Below are positions 38,267 through 47,392 of a DNA stretch of 64,000 nt, one piece after another; position 1 is the stretch's first letter; each line of letters opens with the position of its first letter. The notes under the pieces are model-generated. The model saw nothing but the letters and a program-made list of their open reading frames with translations. It ran no database searches and was not told the origin of the DNA. Position numbers and translations under genes: made by a program. The stretch is from positions 409 through 64,408 of the forward strand of contig CAKZML010000081.1 of the NCBI GenBank assembly GCA_937128475.1, given 5' to 3'. The stretch comes from an uncultured Chromatiales bacterium. Lineage in GTDB: Bacteria; Pseudomonadota; Gammaproteobacteria; Steroidobacterales; BM003.

Positions 38267-39363
38267 TGACCGGGTCATTACAAAGCACCCTGGAACACCT
38301 GTCCGGGCTGGTGGCCTGCGACAGTCGCAATCCGCCCCGCACCATCCAGGCCGACGGACCCCTGTTCAATTACCTGCGTGGGAATCTGCCCGGATTCAGC
38401 TTCCAGGTGCAGGACCATGGAGATGGCTGCATCAGCCTGCTGGCCGTGCGCGGCAACACCGACACGCTGTTCAACTTCCACGTGGACACCGTCCCCGCAA
38501 ACCAGCAATGGAGCATGGACCCCCTGGAATTACAGGTGAAAGACGACAGGGCCTATGGACTCGGCGCCTGCGACATCAAGGGCGCTTCGGCTGCCATGCT
38601 AAGCGCAGTGAACCGTTGCCAGGGCCCGGCGGCCCTGCTGTTCAGCAGCGATGAAGAAGCCGGCAACAGCACCTGCATACGCCGATTCCTGGAATCCGAT
38701 CATGGCTACACCCGGGCAATCATCGCCGAGCCCACCCAGGCCATGGCGGTCTGCGCCCACCGGGGAATCGCCACCGCCGGGCTCACGTTCCGGGGCATTC
38801 CCGGCCACGCCTCCGCCGCCCGGGCACTGGATGACAGTGCCGTGCATCGCGCCGTGCAATGGTCGGCTGCAGCGCTTGATTACATCCGGGCACACCAGCA
38901 GACCACTTTCGAAAACCTGCAGGGTCTGCGTTTCAACATCGGCCAGATCAATGGCGGCATCAAGCCCAATATGATTGCCGCCGAGGCATCACTGGCCATG
39001 GGGCTGAGAACACTTCCCGGCCAGGACGGCCAGGCCCTGCTTGAAGAACTTGTGGCCTTGAGCCCCGCCGAACACCTGGCCGACTGGGCACCGCGATTCC
39101 TGGCCCCTGCCCTGCCTGATGCCAATCGTGGACAATCCGGACTGGAGGCCAGCACTGCCCTGGCCAATCAGTTGGGACTACCCCTGGGACCGGCGGTGGA
39201 TTTCTGGACCGAGGCCGCCTTGTTCGGCCAGGCTGGCCTGGACACCCTGGTTTACGGCAGTGGTGATATAGCCCAGGCACATACTGCAGATGAATGGGTG
39301 GCACTGGAACAACTGGCTACCGTAACCACAACCTACGAAAGACTGATCTCCCATGGAATCTAG
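38266..39363 (+). CDS. argE: M20-family deacetylase (acetylornithine/acetylcitrulline deacetylase, ArgE-like)
   Basis: ATG 38266 overlaps the argG TGA, with GGGAGA 9 nt upstream. FHVDTVP, GLGACDIKGA and SSDEEAG are M20 metal-ligand motifs. Confidence 0.8.
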   Translation: MTGSLQSTLEHLSGLVACDSRNPPRTIQADGPLFNYLRGNLPGFSFQVQDHGDGCISLLAVRGNTDTLFNFHVDTVPANQQWSMDPLELQVKDDRAYGLGACDIKGASAAMLSAVNRCQGPAALLFSSDEEAGNSTCIRRFLESDHGYTRAIIAEPTQAMAVCAHRGIATAGLTFRGIPGHASAARALDDSAVHRAVQWSAAALDYIRAHQQTTFENLQGLRFNIGQINGGIKPNMIAAEASLAMGLRTLPGQDGQALLEELVALSPAEHLADWAPRFLAPALPDANRGQSGLEASTALANQLGLPLGPAVDFWTEAALFGQAGLDTLVYGSGDIAQAHTADEWVALEQLATVTTTYERLISHGI

Positions 39364-40666
39364 TAAACAAACCCGACAAATTATCCTCAGACTGTTGAAC
39401 AACCTGGGCAGCCAGAAAGAAGTTCAGCAGTACCTGAAGAAATTCTCCGCCCTGGAAACCGACAAGTTCGCCATCGTGAAAGTGGGTGGTGAAATCCTGC
39501 AACAGGACGTTGCCGCCCTGTCCTCATCCCTGGCCTTCTTGCAGCAAGTGGGACTCGCTCCGATCATCGTTCACGGCGCCGGTCCCCAGCTGAACCAGAC
39601 CCTGGCAAGCGAGGGCATCGAGTCCCGGGTGGTGGACGGATTGAGAGTGACCACCCCCGAGGTGCTAAAAATGGCCCGGCGGGTTTTCCAGGCAGAAAAC
39701 CTGCGCCTTGTGGATGCCCTGCGTGATGCCGGGGTGCGCGCTACATCCATCACCAGCGGCGTATTCGAAGCCGAACTGCTGGACAAGGAAAAATACGGCA
39801 TGGTGGGGAAAATAACCGGGGTACACATGGATCTGATCAGGGCAGCATTACGGGCCCAGTCCATGCCGGTCATCTCACCCTTCGCAGAAACCGTTGACGG
39901 GCAAATTCTCAACGTCAACGCGGACATGGCGACCAGTGAACTGGTGCATGCAGCCCAGCCGTTCAAGATCATTTTCCTGACCGGCACCGGCGGAATACTG
40001 GATCACGATGGCAACCTGATTTCCTCCATCAACCTGAGCACCGATTACCAGCACCTGATGTCCAGCGACTGGTTGCACTCGGGAATGCGACTGAAACTGC
40101 AACAGGTGCATGACATGCTCCTGGACCTGCCTCACTCCAGTTCCGTATCCATCACCCAGCCGGCCATGCTGGCCAAGGAGTTGTTCACCTATCGCGGATC
40201 GGGCACTCTGGTTCGCTATGGTGAAAACATCCAGGTCTGTAAGAACTGGTCCGACGTTGACCAGGGAAGGTTGAAGAATCTACTGGAATCCAGTTTCCAA
40301 AAGACCCTCTCCGAGGACTACTTCGAGAGCACCGATCTTGCTGCCGTTTTTGTGAGTGACAGTTATCGCGCTGCCGCTGTCATCGTTCAGGAAGAAGACA
40401 TCGTGCGGCTGGACAAGTTCTCGGTTACCGAGGAAGCCCAGGGTGAAGGACTGGGTAGATCGCTCTGGGAGCAGGTTCGCGAAAATTTCCCGGCCATGTA
40501 CTGGCGTGCGCGGCCCGGAAACCCGATCAATCAATTTTATTTTCAGCAGGCGGACGGCTGCATCAAGGAATCCAGGTGGAATATTTTCTGGTACGGCGTG
40601 GATGACTATCAACAGATACAGGCATTGGTTCAACGGGCGAACCAGGCCCCGATAACGCTGTTCTAG
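39353..40666 (+). CDS. argA/B: Bifunctional N-acetylglutamate synthase/kinase (amino-acid kinase domain + C-terminal GNAT-like domain)
   Basis: 437 aa. The N-terminal AAK fold (FAIVKVGGEIL, IIVHGAGPQ) is followed by about 150 aa of NAT domain (FSVTEEAQGEGLGRSLW). This architecture matches the Xanthomonas/Maricaulis NAGS/K enzymes. 11-nt overlap with argE. Confidence 0.78.
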   Translation: MESSKQTRQIILRLLNNLGSQKEVQQYLKKFSALETDKFAIVKVGGEILQQDVAALSSSLAFLQQVGLAPIIVHGAGPQLNQTLASEGIESRVVDGLRVTTPEVLKMARRVFQAENLRLVDALRDAGVRATSITSGVFEAELLDKEKYGMVGKITGVHMDLIRAALRAQSMPVISPFAETVDGQILNVNADMATSELVHAAQPFKIIFLTGTGGILDHDGNLISSINLSTDYQHLMSSDWLHSGMRLKLQQVHDMLLDLPHSSSVSITQPAMLAKELFTYRGSGTLVRYGENIQVCKNWSDVDQGRLKNLLESSFQKTLSEDYFESTDLAAVFVSDSYRAAAVIVQEEDIVRLDKFSVTEEAQGEGLGRSLWEQVRENFPAMYWRARPGNPINQFYFQQADGCIKESRWNIFWYGVDDYQQIQALVQRANQAPITLF

Positions 40667-40686
40667 CAGCCAGGGAGACGCACAAA

Positions 40687-41640
40687 GTGAGTAAGAAAAT
40701 GACGCTGGGACTGGTGGGTGCAAGAGGCTACACCGGGGCAGAAATCTTAAAACTGGTGCAGGACCACCCGCATTTGGAGCTGAGCTATGCCAGTTCCCGG
40801 GAACTGGCCGGCCAGGCCATCGCCCAGCCAGACTCGGGCATCAGCCTGCCGGGAGAATATGAGCACCTGGATCCTGCAGATGTCGCCCAGCGCGGTGTAG
40901 ATATTTGCGTACTTGCCCTTCCCAATGGGCTGTCGGAACCCTACGTACTGGCCATAGAAAAGGCGCGACCTGAAACAATCATCGTGGACCTCAGCGCGGA
41001 CCATCGCTTCGACAAGAACTGGTATTACGCACTGCCAGAGCTGACCCGGAACATGGCGGCTGGACAGACACGCATTTCCAATCCGGGGTGTTATGCCACC
41101 GCCATGCAACTGGCCCTGGCGCCCTTGCGCCCGCTACTCCAGGGGCCCGCTCACTGCACCGGTGTATCCGGTTACAGCGGCGCAGGCACCAAGCCCTCCG
41201 AGAAAAACGACCCGGACGTATTACGGGAAAACCTGCTTCCCTACGCGCCCAGCGGCCACATGCACGAGGGTGAGGTGAGCCATCAACTGGGAATCAAGTT
41301 GCGCTTCATGCCTCACGTGGCGTCATTCTTTCGCGGCATCAGCATGACTGTTTGCGCCGAACTGAGCGAACCGGTGAGCAATGCCCAACTCAGTGAAATC
41401 TACAACAAGGCCTATGGCAATGAACCATTGGTGAAGCTGCAGGAAGAAATTCCCAACGTGCGGGATAACGCGAACCTGCATCACGCGACGGTGGGTGGCT
41501 GGACAGCCGGCAAGAATGATCAGTACGCGGTGGTGTATGTCACCCTGGATAACTTACTCAAGGGCGCGGCAACCCAGGCCATTCAAAACATCAACATTGC
41601 CTGCGGTTTTGACGAACTGGAGGGCATCCCTCATGGCTGA
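40687..41640 (+). CDS. argC: N-acetyl-gamma-glutamyl-phosphate reductase
   Basis: 317 aa, with LVGARGYTGAEILKLV and the active-site NPGCYAT. GTG start with GGAGA 8 nt upstream. Confidence 0.92.
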   Translation: MSKKMTLGLVGARGYTGAEILKLVQDHPHLELSYASSRELAGQAIAQPDSGISLPGEYEHLDPADVAQRGVDICVLALPNGLSEPYVLAIEKARPETIIVDLSADHRFDKNWYYALPELTRNMAAGQTRISNPGCYATAMQLALAPLRPLLQGPAHCTGVSGYSGAGTKPSEKNDPDVLRENLLPYAPSGHMHEGEVSHQLGIKLRFMPHVASFFRGISMTVCAELSEPVSNAQLSEIYNKAYGNEPLVKLQEEIPNVRDNANLHHATVGGWTAGKNDQYAVVYVTLDNLLKGAATQAIQNINIACGFDELEGIPHG

Positions 41641-42928
41641 TTTTCTCTGGAAGAAATCAGATGTCCCGGTGGATGAAAAAATCATGACCTTCATGGCCGG
41701 CCAGGACGTCGTACTGGACCGCCAATTGTTCGTCTACGACCTGCAGGCCTCGGCGGCCCACGTGAAGGGCCTGGAAAGCATAGAAATACTCAGCTCCGAA
41801 GATGCAAATAAACTGCTGGGCGCACTGACTGACCTGGAAGGCAAATTCACATCCGGTGACTTCACCCTGGATGATCGATTTGAAGACGGACACTCGGCCA
41901 TCGAGTCCTATCTCACCGAGCAACTGGGCGAACTGGGTAAGCGGGTGCACACAGGGCGCAGCCGTAATGACCAGGTGCTGGTCGCCACCCGCTTGCTGCT
42001 TCGGGACAGGCTGGAGGAACTCCACGCCCAATGCCTCAACACCGCAAGCCTTTGCATAGAGCGCGCCAGGGCCACCGAGAACATTCCCATGCCGGGCTAC
42101 ACCCACTTGCAACGGGCGGTGGTTTCTTCGGTAGGCATGTGGTTTGCCGCGTTTGCCGAGAGCTTCATCGATAACGCACAACTGGCTCGAGACACTCGCA
42201 ACTGGATAAATGCCAACCCGCTTGGCACCGCCGCGGGATTCGGCGTGAACCTGCCACTGGATCGGGAATTGACTACCCGGGAACTGGGCTTTTCGCGGAT
42301 GCAGATCAACCCGATCTACGCCCAGAACAGTCGCGGAAAATTCGAAGTCCAGGCCCTGTCCGCCTTTGCCCAGGCGCTGCAGGACGTACGCCGGTTTGCC
42401 TGGGACATCAGCCTGTTCAGCACCTCGGAATTCAATTTCGTAACACTTCCCGACCGCTTTACCACCGGTTCGTCCATCATGCCCAACAAGCGAAACCCGG
42501 ACCTGGTGGAATTGCTGCGTGGTGCCTACCCCTGTGTCGAGGCGGCGATTATCGAACTGCAATCCCTGCTGTCACTATCCACCGGATATCACCGTGACCT
42601 GCAAAACACCAAAGCTCCATTGTTGCGCGGTCTGCAACAAGGTTGCGCCGTGATGGAGTTATTTCCGGACCTGGTGGGAAGCCTCCAGTTCAACGAGCAA
42701 GCGTTGGCAAAAGCCATTGAGCCAGCCATGCACGCCACTGACCGGGCAATGGAACTTGCCGCAGCCGGACTGCCATTTCGGGATGCATACCGCACCGTGA
42801 TGAATGAGATGCCGGAACTGGCCGGCAGAGATGCAAGCCAAAGCCTGAACGCCAGGGTGTCACCCGGCGCTTGCGCGAATTTGATGCTGGATGAATTAAG
42901 CCGCCGCCTGGAACAACTGCGGGATTAA
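41633..42928 (+). CDS. argH: Argininosuccinate lyase
   Basis: Trimmed to ATG 41633 (MADFLWKKSD...), overlapping the argC stop. It carries the fumarate-lyase signature GSSIMPNKRNPD. Confidence 0.92.
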   Translation: MADFLWKKSDVPVDEKIMTFMAGQDVVLDRQLFVYDLQASAAHVKGLESIEILSSEDANKLLGALTDLEGKFTSGDFTLDDRFEDGHSAIESYLTEQLGELGKRVHTGRSRNDQVLVATRLLLRDRLEELHAQCLNTASLCIERARATENIPMPGYTHLQRAVVSSVGMWFAAFAESFIDNAQLARDTRNWINANPLGTAAGFGVNLPLDRELTTRELGFSRMQINPIYAQNSRGKFEVQALSAFAQALQDVRRFAWDISLFSTSEFNFVTLPDRFTTGSSIMPNKRNPDLVELLRGAYPCVEAAIIELQSLLSLSTGYHRDLQNTKAPLLRGLQQGCAVMELFPDLVGSLQFNEQALAKAIEPAMHATDRAMELAAAGLPFRDAYRTVMNEMPELAGRDASQSLNARVSPGACANLMLDELSRRLEQLRD

Positions 42929-42935
42929 GGCGGAC

Positions 42936-43400
42936 CTAGTCCGTCTCGTCCAGCACGCCAGCCAGGTCGTACCAGATGACATCTTCGCTGGCTTCTTCCA
43001 GTGCTTCTTCGACCAGTTCGCCGATCTCGGCATCCATGATGCCAAGCATGACGGAACCGCCGCTTTCCAGGGAGGCGACAATCTCTTCCAGGGACTCGTG
43101 AGACAGGCCGGTTTCCAACTCCAGCCAGGCCAACAGGCCCTCGCCGGAATCTTCCATCGCGCCAATCGGACCGGCCAGCAGGCCAACCACGGCAGCAAGC
43201 ACGCCACACCAGTAGGCATCCTCACCCTGGGACTCGGTGATAGAGATGACTTCGTCCTCGTCCATGCATAGCAAAGACAAGGCATCGATTAGCCTGTCAT
43301 CATCCTCAATGCTGGCCTGAACGTCTTCCAGCGCCTCATCTGCTCCGTCTTCACTCTGGAAAACTGCGCACATCAGTTGTTTGGAAGTAACCAAACTCAT
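42936..43400 (-). CDS. Highly acidic small membrane-associated protein, DUF1269-like
   Basis: 154 aa and strongly D/E-rich by eye. There is a central hydrophobic/glycine segment YWCGVLAAVVGLLAGPIGAM. The flanking halves (CAVFQSEDGADEALEDV... and GLSHESLEEIVASLESGGSVMLGIM...) resemble the duplicated DUF1269 fold. The family call is from memory only. Confidence 0.45.
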   Translation of the reverse strand: MSLVTSKQLMCAVFQSEDGADEALEDVQASIEDDDRLIDALSLLCMDEDEVISITESQGEDAYWCGVLAAVVGLLAGPIGAMEDSGEGLLAWLELETGLSHESLEEIVASLESGGSVMLGIMDAEIGELVEEALEEASEDVIWYDLAGVLDETD

Positions 43401-43440
43401 CTTTCCCTACCCCGGTAAGTCCGACTAATGCCGAACGTTT

Positions 43441-43469
43441 ATTTATCCTGAAAACTACCTTAGACGCAA
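43441..43469 (-). promoter_or_regulatory. Candidate sigma70 promoter TTGCGT-N17-ATAAAT for the DUF1269-like gene
   Basis: Read on the minus strand: -35 at 43469-43464 and -10 at 43446-43441. It lies about 40 nt upstream of the ATG at 43400. Confidence 0.3.
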
Positions 43470-43494
43470 TTTTCCGCCCTTTCTGCCCAATACG

Positions 43495-46311
43495 CTAGTC
43501 CATTTCCTCGCGCACCCACTGGCCATCCACCTTAAGCAATTGATAGGACGGCCAATAATGCTTATCCAGTCTCAAGGTAAGAACGTCCACCTGGTCGTTC
43601 CAGTTTATTGTCCTGATGCGCAAGGATTCCCCATCCTGTTTACCCGCCACCTGGGCCAGGAAGGCATCCAGATCCGGCGTGGGAGCACCGTCCACCTCGA
43701 CAATCCGACGTCCTGCGACCAACCCATAATGGCTGGCCGGAGAGCCGAAATTGAAAAAGGACACATACACGCCTTCCGGCTTGATGCCGCGCTGCGCCGA
43801 TAGCGCACGATGAGGTGCTTGCAGCAATGCACCAGCCCAACTCACCACCCGGTCCAGTCCCTCACCGTCCAGGGACGCTGTGTTCACGTCTATTTCGACA
43901 ACCCGATTATTGCGCCACACTCCCGCCAACACCGACTGTCTGCCCTGCACCGCCCGCTCGACTTCACGGAACTGGTTGACTGGCTTGCCATCCAGGGTCA
44001 GCAGCAAATCACCCGGGCGCAGCTTGTCCTCCGCATCGGAACCGCCTACCAGCCGAATAACCTGCAAAACATTCCGCTCCAGAGGATTGTGGTCCTCGAG
44101 CTTCTTGAGCCATTCACCAGGTAAATTCAGCTTCCTGGCCGTAGCCAGGGACAAGGGCATGAACTCCGTTTCCAGGGACTGCAAATCACGTCCAAGGCGA
44201 ACATTTTCAACCAGGTCACGGGCAATGTCCGCGGACAAGCCCAGGTTGATCTGGCGATCATTGCCCCCTGACTGAAATGCCAGGCTGGTCCACAAGGCCT
44301 GCACCCGGGACTTGCTGTCCATGAGCACACCATCGATATCACCGGGTGCATTCACCAAAGCGATCGCACTCAGATTGGACTCACGGAATCGCATGGTTCG
44401 CGACAAGGGCAAGGTGAGGGCATCTACTGTGGATACCTCGGTCTTCTGAATAAACGGTTTACTGTTTCTCTTCAGACCGGCCACCCATACCGGATCACCA
44501 TCATCCAGTTCCCTGTCAGAGAACCGGGCCGCTTTCACCGGCGTATCCCCGATCAACTCCGGCGGGTAGGAAACAATTGCCAGGTTATGCAGCGGGTGCA
44601 CGTACTCCACCTTTCCAGGCACTTCCACGCTGCCCGCAAAGGTCAAATGCACATCACCGATTGCCACTGGAACCGTATTGCGATCTACCAGCACCAGGCC
44701 GCGCTCAACGTCGACCACCAGGCCGGTACCCCGGTAATGGCGGTCCGAAATACCCGATACCGCATAGGGCATATCGAAATTCACCAGCACCAGTGACGGT
44801 GCGATTTTCTGCAAACGGGAATCACCGTTGGCCGAGTACCGGGTATCCGCGGGTTCCTCTGTCTCGGCACGCCCCACCGGCGGCAGGGCCTGGCAGGGCC
44901 AGATTCCCGCAGCATCATCACGCTTGCATACACGCGCCGGATACCAGCTGCGATCCACGGTTACGCTGCGCAGGTTACTGGCCTTGGGATCGTCAAAGGT
45001 GAAATACCTGACCATCACCCTGGAGCGATCTTCGAGTTTGGAGATGATTTCAAGCAAGGCATCCAGGTCCTCGACAACCTCACCGTCCAGGGCGCTGATG
45101 ACCGATCCCCGTGGAATCATCGACGTGCTGAACATGTATCCGGGGTTGGCCACGTAGACGCCTCTTACCGGCATGTTCACATGCCGCGCCTGCTGGTAAG
45201 ACAGGTCATGCAAAATTGCATCGGAGATTTCCAGGTAGCGATCCGGGGTAATGCTGTGCAGGTCCTGGACGGTGATCTCAATAATCCGGGTAAGACCCCC
45301 TCGCTGCAGTTCCAGCGTCACCGGCGCATTAACGCTTTCGTCCAGGACGGCCTCAAGAGGAACGAAACCAGACACCAGTTCTCCATTGACCCTGACCAGG
45401 ATGTCGCCGGGTTCAAGCTCACCCTCGGCGGGCCCACCTGGAGTTACCTGGCTCACCACCAGCATTCCCACCCGGCTGGGCTGTTCCTTTCTTAACAACT
45501 CCTCGGTGACTGCCTGCAAGCCCAGCCTGCGCAGTTCGTCGTAAGGCAGTTGATCGAATACGGTTTGCAAGGTTCCCCGGGAGACCGGCATATCCTTGCG
45601 AATCAAATCCAGCACCCGTTGCACCCGATCCAGGGGCAGGAAAAAACTGGATGCCGCAGCACTGCTGGCGCCGGCGTTCAAGGCCAGCACATCGCCGTCC
45701 ACATCCACTACCGGAGAACCTGATGAACCCCCCGATGTTCCCGAGGCAGCCTGCAGGTAGAAAGTATTGAAGTCGTTGTACTTGCCGCGCCCATACACCG
45801 GTGCACGGCGATCCAGCCTGGCGATAGTGCCGGCCAGGATGGACAACTGCTCACCCGCGTCGTTGCCGATTACCCGGATCTCGCTACCCACCCGAACCTT
45901 GTCGGGCCGCAGCGCGAACTCATGGGGAGTGATAAACCCCAGGGCCTTGGGATCGAAACGGTAGAAGCCAAAATCGTGCACCGGATCCCGATACACGGGC
46001 TTCAGGTCCACCTCTTCGTGATTCAGGAAAACCGCCTGGGCAGTTACCGGGCCGGGCATGACCACGTGACGGTTGGTCAGGATCAAGCCCCTCTCCCAGT
46101 CCACCACGAAACCCGTGGCCTGGCTGGAAATACTCCACTCGGTATCGAAGGCTCGCACGCCATCAATCCGGATAGAGACCACCCCGCTTGAAACGGCATC
46201 CAGTGTTCGGGTCCAGCCGTTCTCTTCCCCGTGGGCAGAGAACGTCAGTCCCAACAGGGCCACGCAAGTGACCCAGCGAATCGCGAATTGCCGTATCAAG
46301 CCTTGCTGCAT
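43495..46311 (-). CDS. Secreted tandem HtrA-like serine protease with multiple PDZ domains (Nma111-type architecture)
   Basis: About 938 aa with a signal peptide. The first trypsin-like domain has an intact triad context (TNRHVV ... DFGFY ... GTSGGSSGSPV). PDZ-like segments are present (GMLVVSQVTPGGPAEGELEPGDILVRVNG). The second protease-like domain is degenerate (VDRNTV, NAPGDIDGVL: no His or Ser), followed by more PDZ-like segments. Start ATG 46311; the track start at 46320 is a TTG. Confidence 0.8.
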   Translation of the reverse strand: MQQGLIRQFAIRWVTCVALLGLTFSAHGEENGWTRTLDAVSSGVVSIRIDGVRAFDTEWSISSQATGFVVDWERGLILTNRHVVMPGPVTAQAVFLNHEEVDLKPVYRDPVHDFGFYRFDPKALGFITPHEFALRPDKVRVGSEIRVIGNDAGEQLSILAGTIARLDRRAPVYGRGKYNDFNTFYLQAASGTSGGSSGSPVVDVDGDVLALNAGASSAAASSFFLPLDRVQRVLDLIRKDMPVSRGTLQTVFDQLPYDELRRLGLQAVTEELLRKEQPSRVGMLVVSQVTPGGPAEGELEPGDILVRVNGELVSGFVPLEAVLDESVNAPVTLELQRGGLTRIIEITVQDLHSITPDRYLEISDAILHDLSYQQARHVNMPVRGVYVANPGYMFSTSMIPRGSVISALDGEVVEDLDALLEIISKLEDRSRVMVRYFTFDDPKASNLRSVTVDRSWYPARVCKRDDAAGIWPCQALPPVGRAETEEPADTRYSANGDSRLQKIAPSLVLVNFDMPYAVSGISDRHYRGTGLVVDVERGLVLVDRNTVPVAIGDVHLTFAGSVEVPGKVEYVHPLHNLAIVSYPPELIGDTPVKAARFSDRELDDGDPVWVAGLKRNSKPFIQKTEVSTVDALTLPLSRTMRFRESNLSAIALVNAPGDIDGVLMDSKSRVQALWTSLAFQSGGNDRQINLGLSADIARDLVENVRLGRDLQSLETEFMPLSLATARKLNLPGEWLKKLEDHNPLERNVLQVIRLVGGSDAEDKLRPGDLLLTLDGKPVNQFREVERAVQGRQSVLAGVWRNNRVVEIDVNTASLDGEGLDRVVSWAGALLQAPHRALSAQRGIKPEGVYVSFFNFGSPASHYGLVAGRRIVEVDGAPTPDLDAFLAQVAGKQDGESLRIRTINWNDQVDVLTLRLDKHYWPSYQLLKVDGQWVREEMD

Positions 46312-46316
46312 ATCAA

Positions 46317-47255
46317 TCAAAGTTCCAAAGTGCGGGAGAAGGCATCCTGGTAACGTCGGCGGAATGACTCGGCATCAATAGTGTGATTCTGGGTGCCTGC
46401 GCTTTCGATCTTGATCGCGCCCATCAGGGAAGCCAGCCTGCCGGTGGTCTCCCAGTCGGCATCGTTCATCAAACCATAGATAAGACCGGCCCGGTACGCA
46501 TCACCGCAACCGGTGGGATCCGACAACAGGTTTACCGGCGCAGTGGGTATCTCAATGGTCTTGCCGTCCACGTAGATTACCGAACCCTTGGCGCCTCGAG
46601 TCACCACCAGGGCTTTCACCCGTTTGGAGATTTCTTCCAGGCTCAGGCCGGTGCGCTCACGCAGCATCTCGCCCTCGTAGTCATTAACAGCAACCCAGGT
46701 AGCTTTCTCCACGAAATCCAGCAACTCGGGACCACCAAACATTGGCAGGCCCTGGCCCGGATCAAAAATAAAGGGAATGTCCGCCTCGGCAAATTCGGTG
46801 GCGCGCTTGAGCATGCCATCCCGGCCATCCGGGGAGACGATACCCAGGGTCGCACCGGCATTCCGGGGCAGGTCCACGGTGTGGGACTCGTTCATGGCGC
46901 CAGGGTGAAAGGCTGTGATCTGGTTGTCGTCCATGTCGGTGGTGATGTAAGCCTGGGCGGTAAATGCAGCAGGCACCACCGACAGGTAATCACGGCTGAC
47001 GCCACAACGATCCATCCATGCGCCATACGGGCCGAAATCATGCCCCACTGTGCCCACCGGTGCGCCCTGTCCTCCCAACTGCTTGAGGTTATAGGCGATG
47101 TTGCCGGCACAGCCACCAAACTCGCGGCGCATCTCCGGCACCAGGAAAGCCACGTTCAACATGTGAATCTTGTCGGGAAGGATATGGTCGCGGAACTGAC
47201 CCTGGAAGACCATGATGTTGTCGTAGGCAAGTGAACCGCAAATAAGAGCAGACAT
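46317..47255 (-). CDS. PfkB-family carbohydrate/nucleoside kinase (adenosine kinase-like)
   Basis: 312 aa with the PfkB motifs GGCAGNIAYN and the C-terminal DPTGCGDAYRAG. The stop is 5 nt before the protease ATG. Confidence 0.75.
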   Translation of the reverse strand: MSALICGSLAYDNIMVFQGQFRDHILPDKIHMLNVAFLVPEMRREFGGCAGNIAYNLKQLGGQGAPVGTVGHDFGPYGAWMDRCGVSRDYLSVVPAAFTAQAYITTDMDDNQITAFHPGAMNESHTVDLPRNAGATLGIVSPDGRDGMLKRATEFAEADIPFIFDPGQGLPMFGGPELLDFVEKATWVAVNDYEGEMLRERTGLSLEEISKRVKALVVTRGAKGSVIYVDGKTIEIPTAPVNLLSDPTGCGDAYRAGLIYGLMNDADWETTGRLASLMGAIKIESAGTQNHTIDAESFRRRYQDAFSRTLEL

Positions 47256-47354
47256 AGTGATTAAACTCCCCGGGAGCGTGAATGTAAGTGGATGATTGTA
47301 CCCGCATAGCTACGACGCTGCCGATGGGAACCGGCAGCCATAAAAACAGCTGGT

Positions 47355-47387
47355 AAAAAGCGGGGCACGGCGAACGCCGCGCCCCGC
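47355..47387 (-). terminator. Rho-independent terminator after gcvPB
   Basis: The minus strand reads GCGGGGCGCGGCGTTCGCCGTGCCCCGC followed by TTTTT, starting 6 nt after the gcvPB stop. Confidence 0.7.
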
Positions 47388-47392
47388 GAGTA

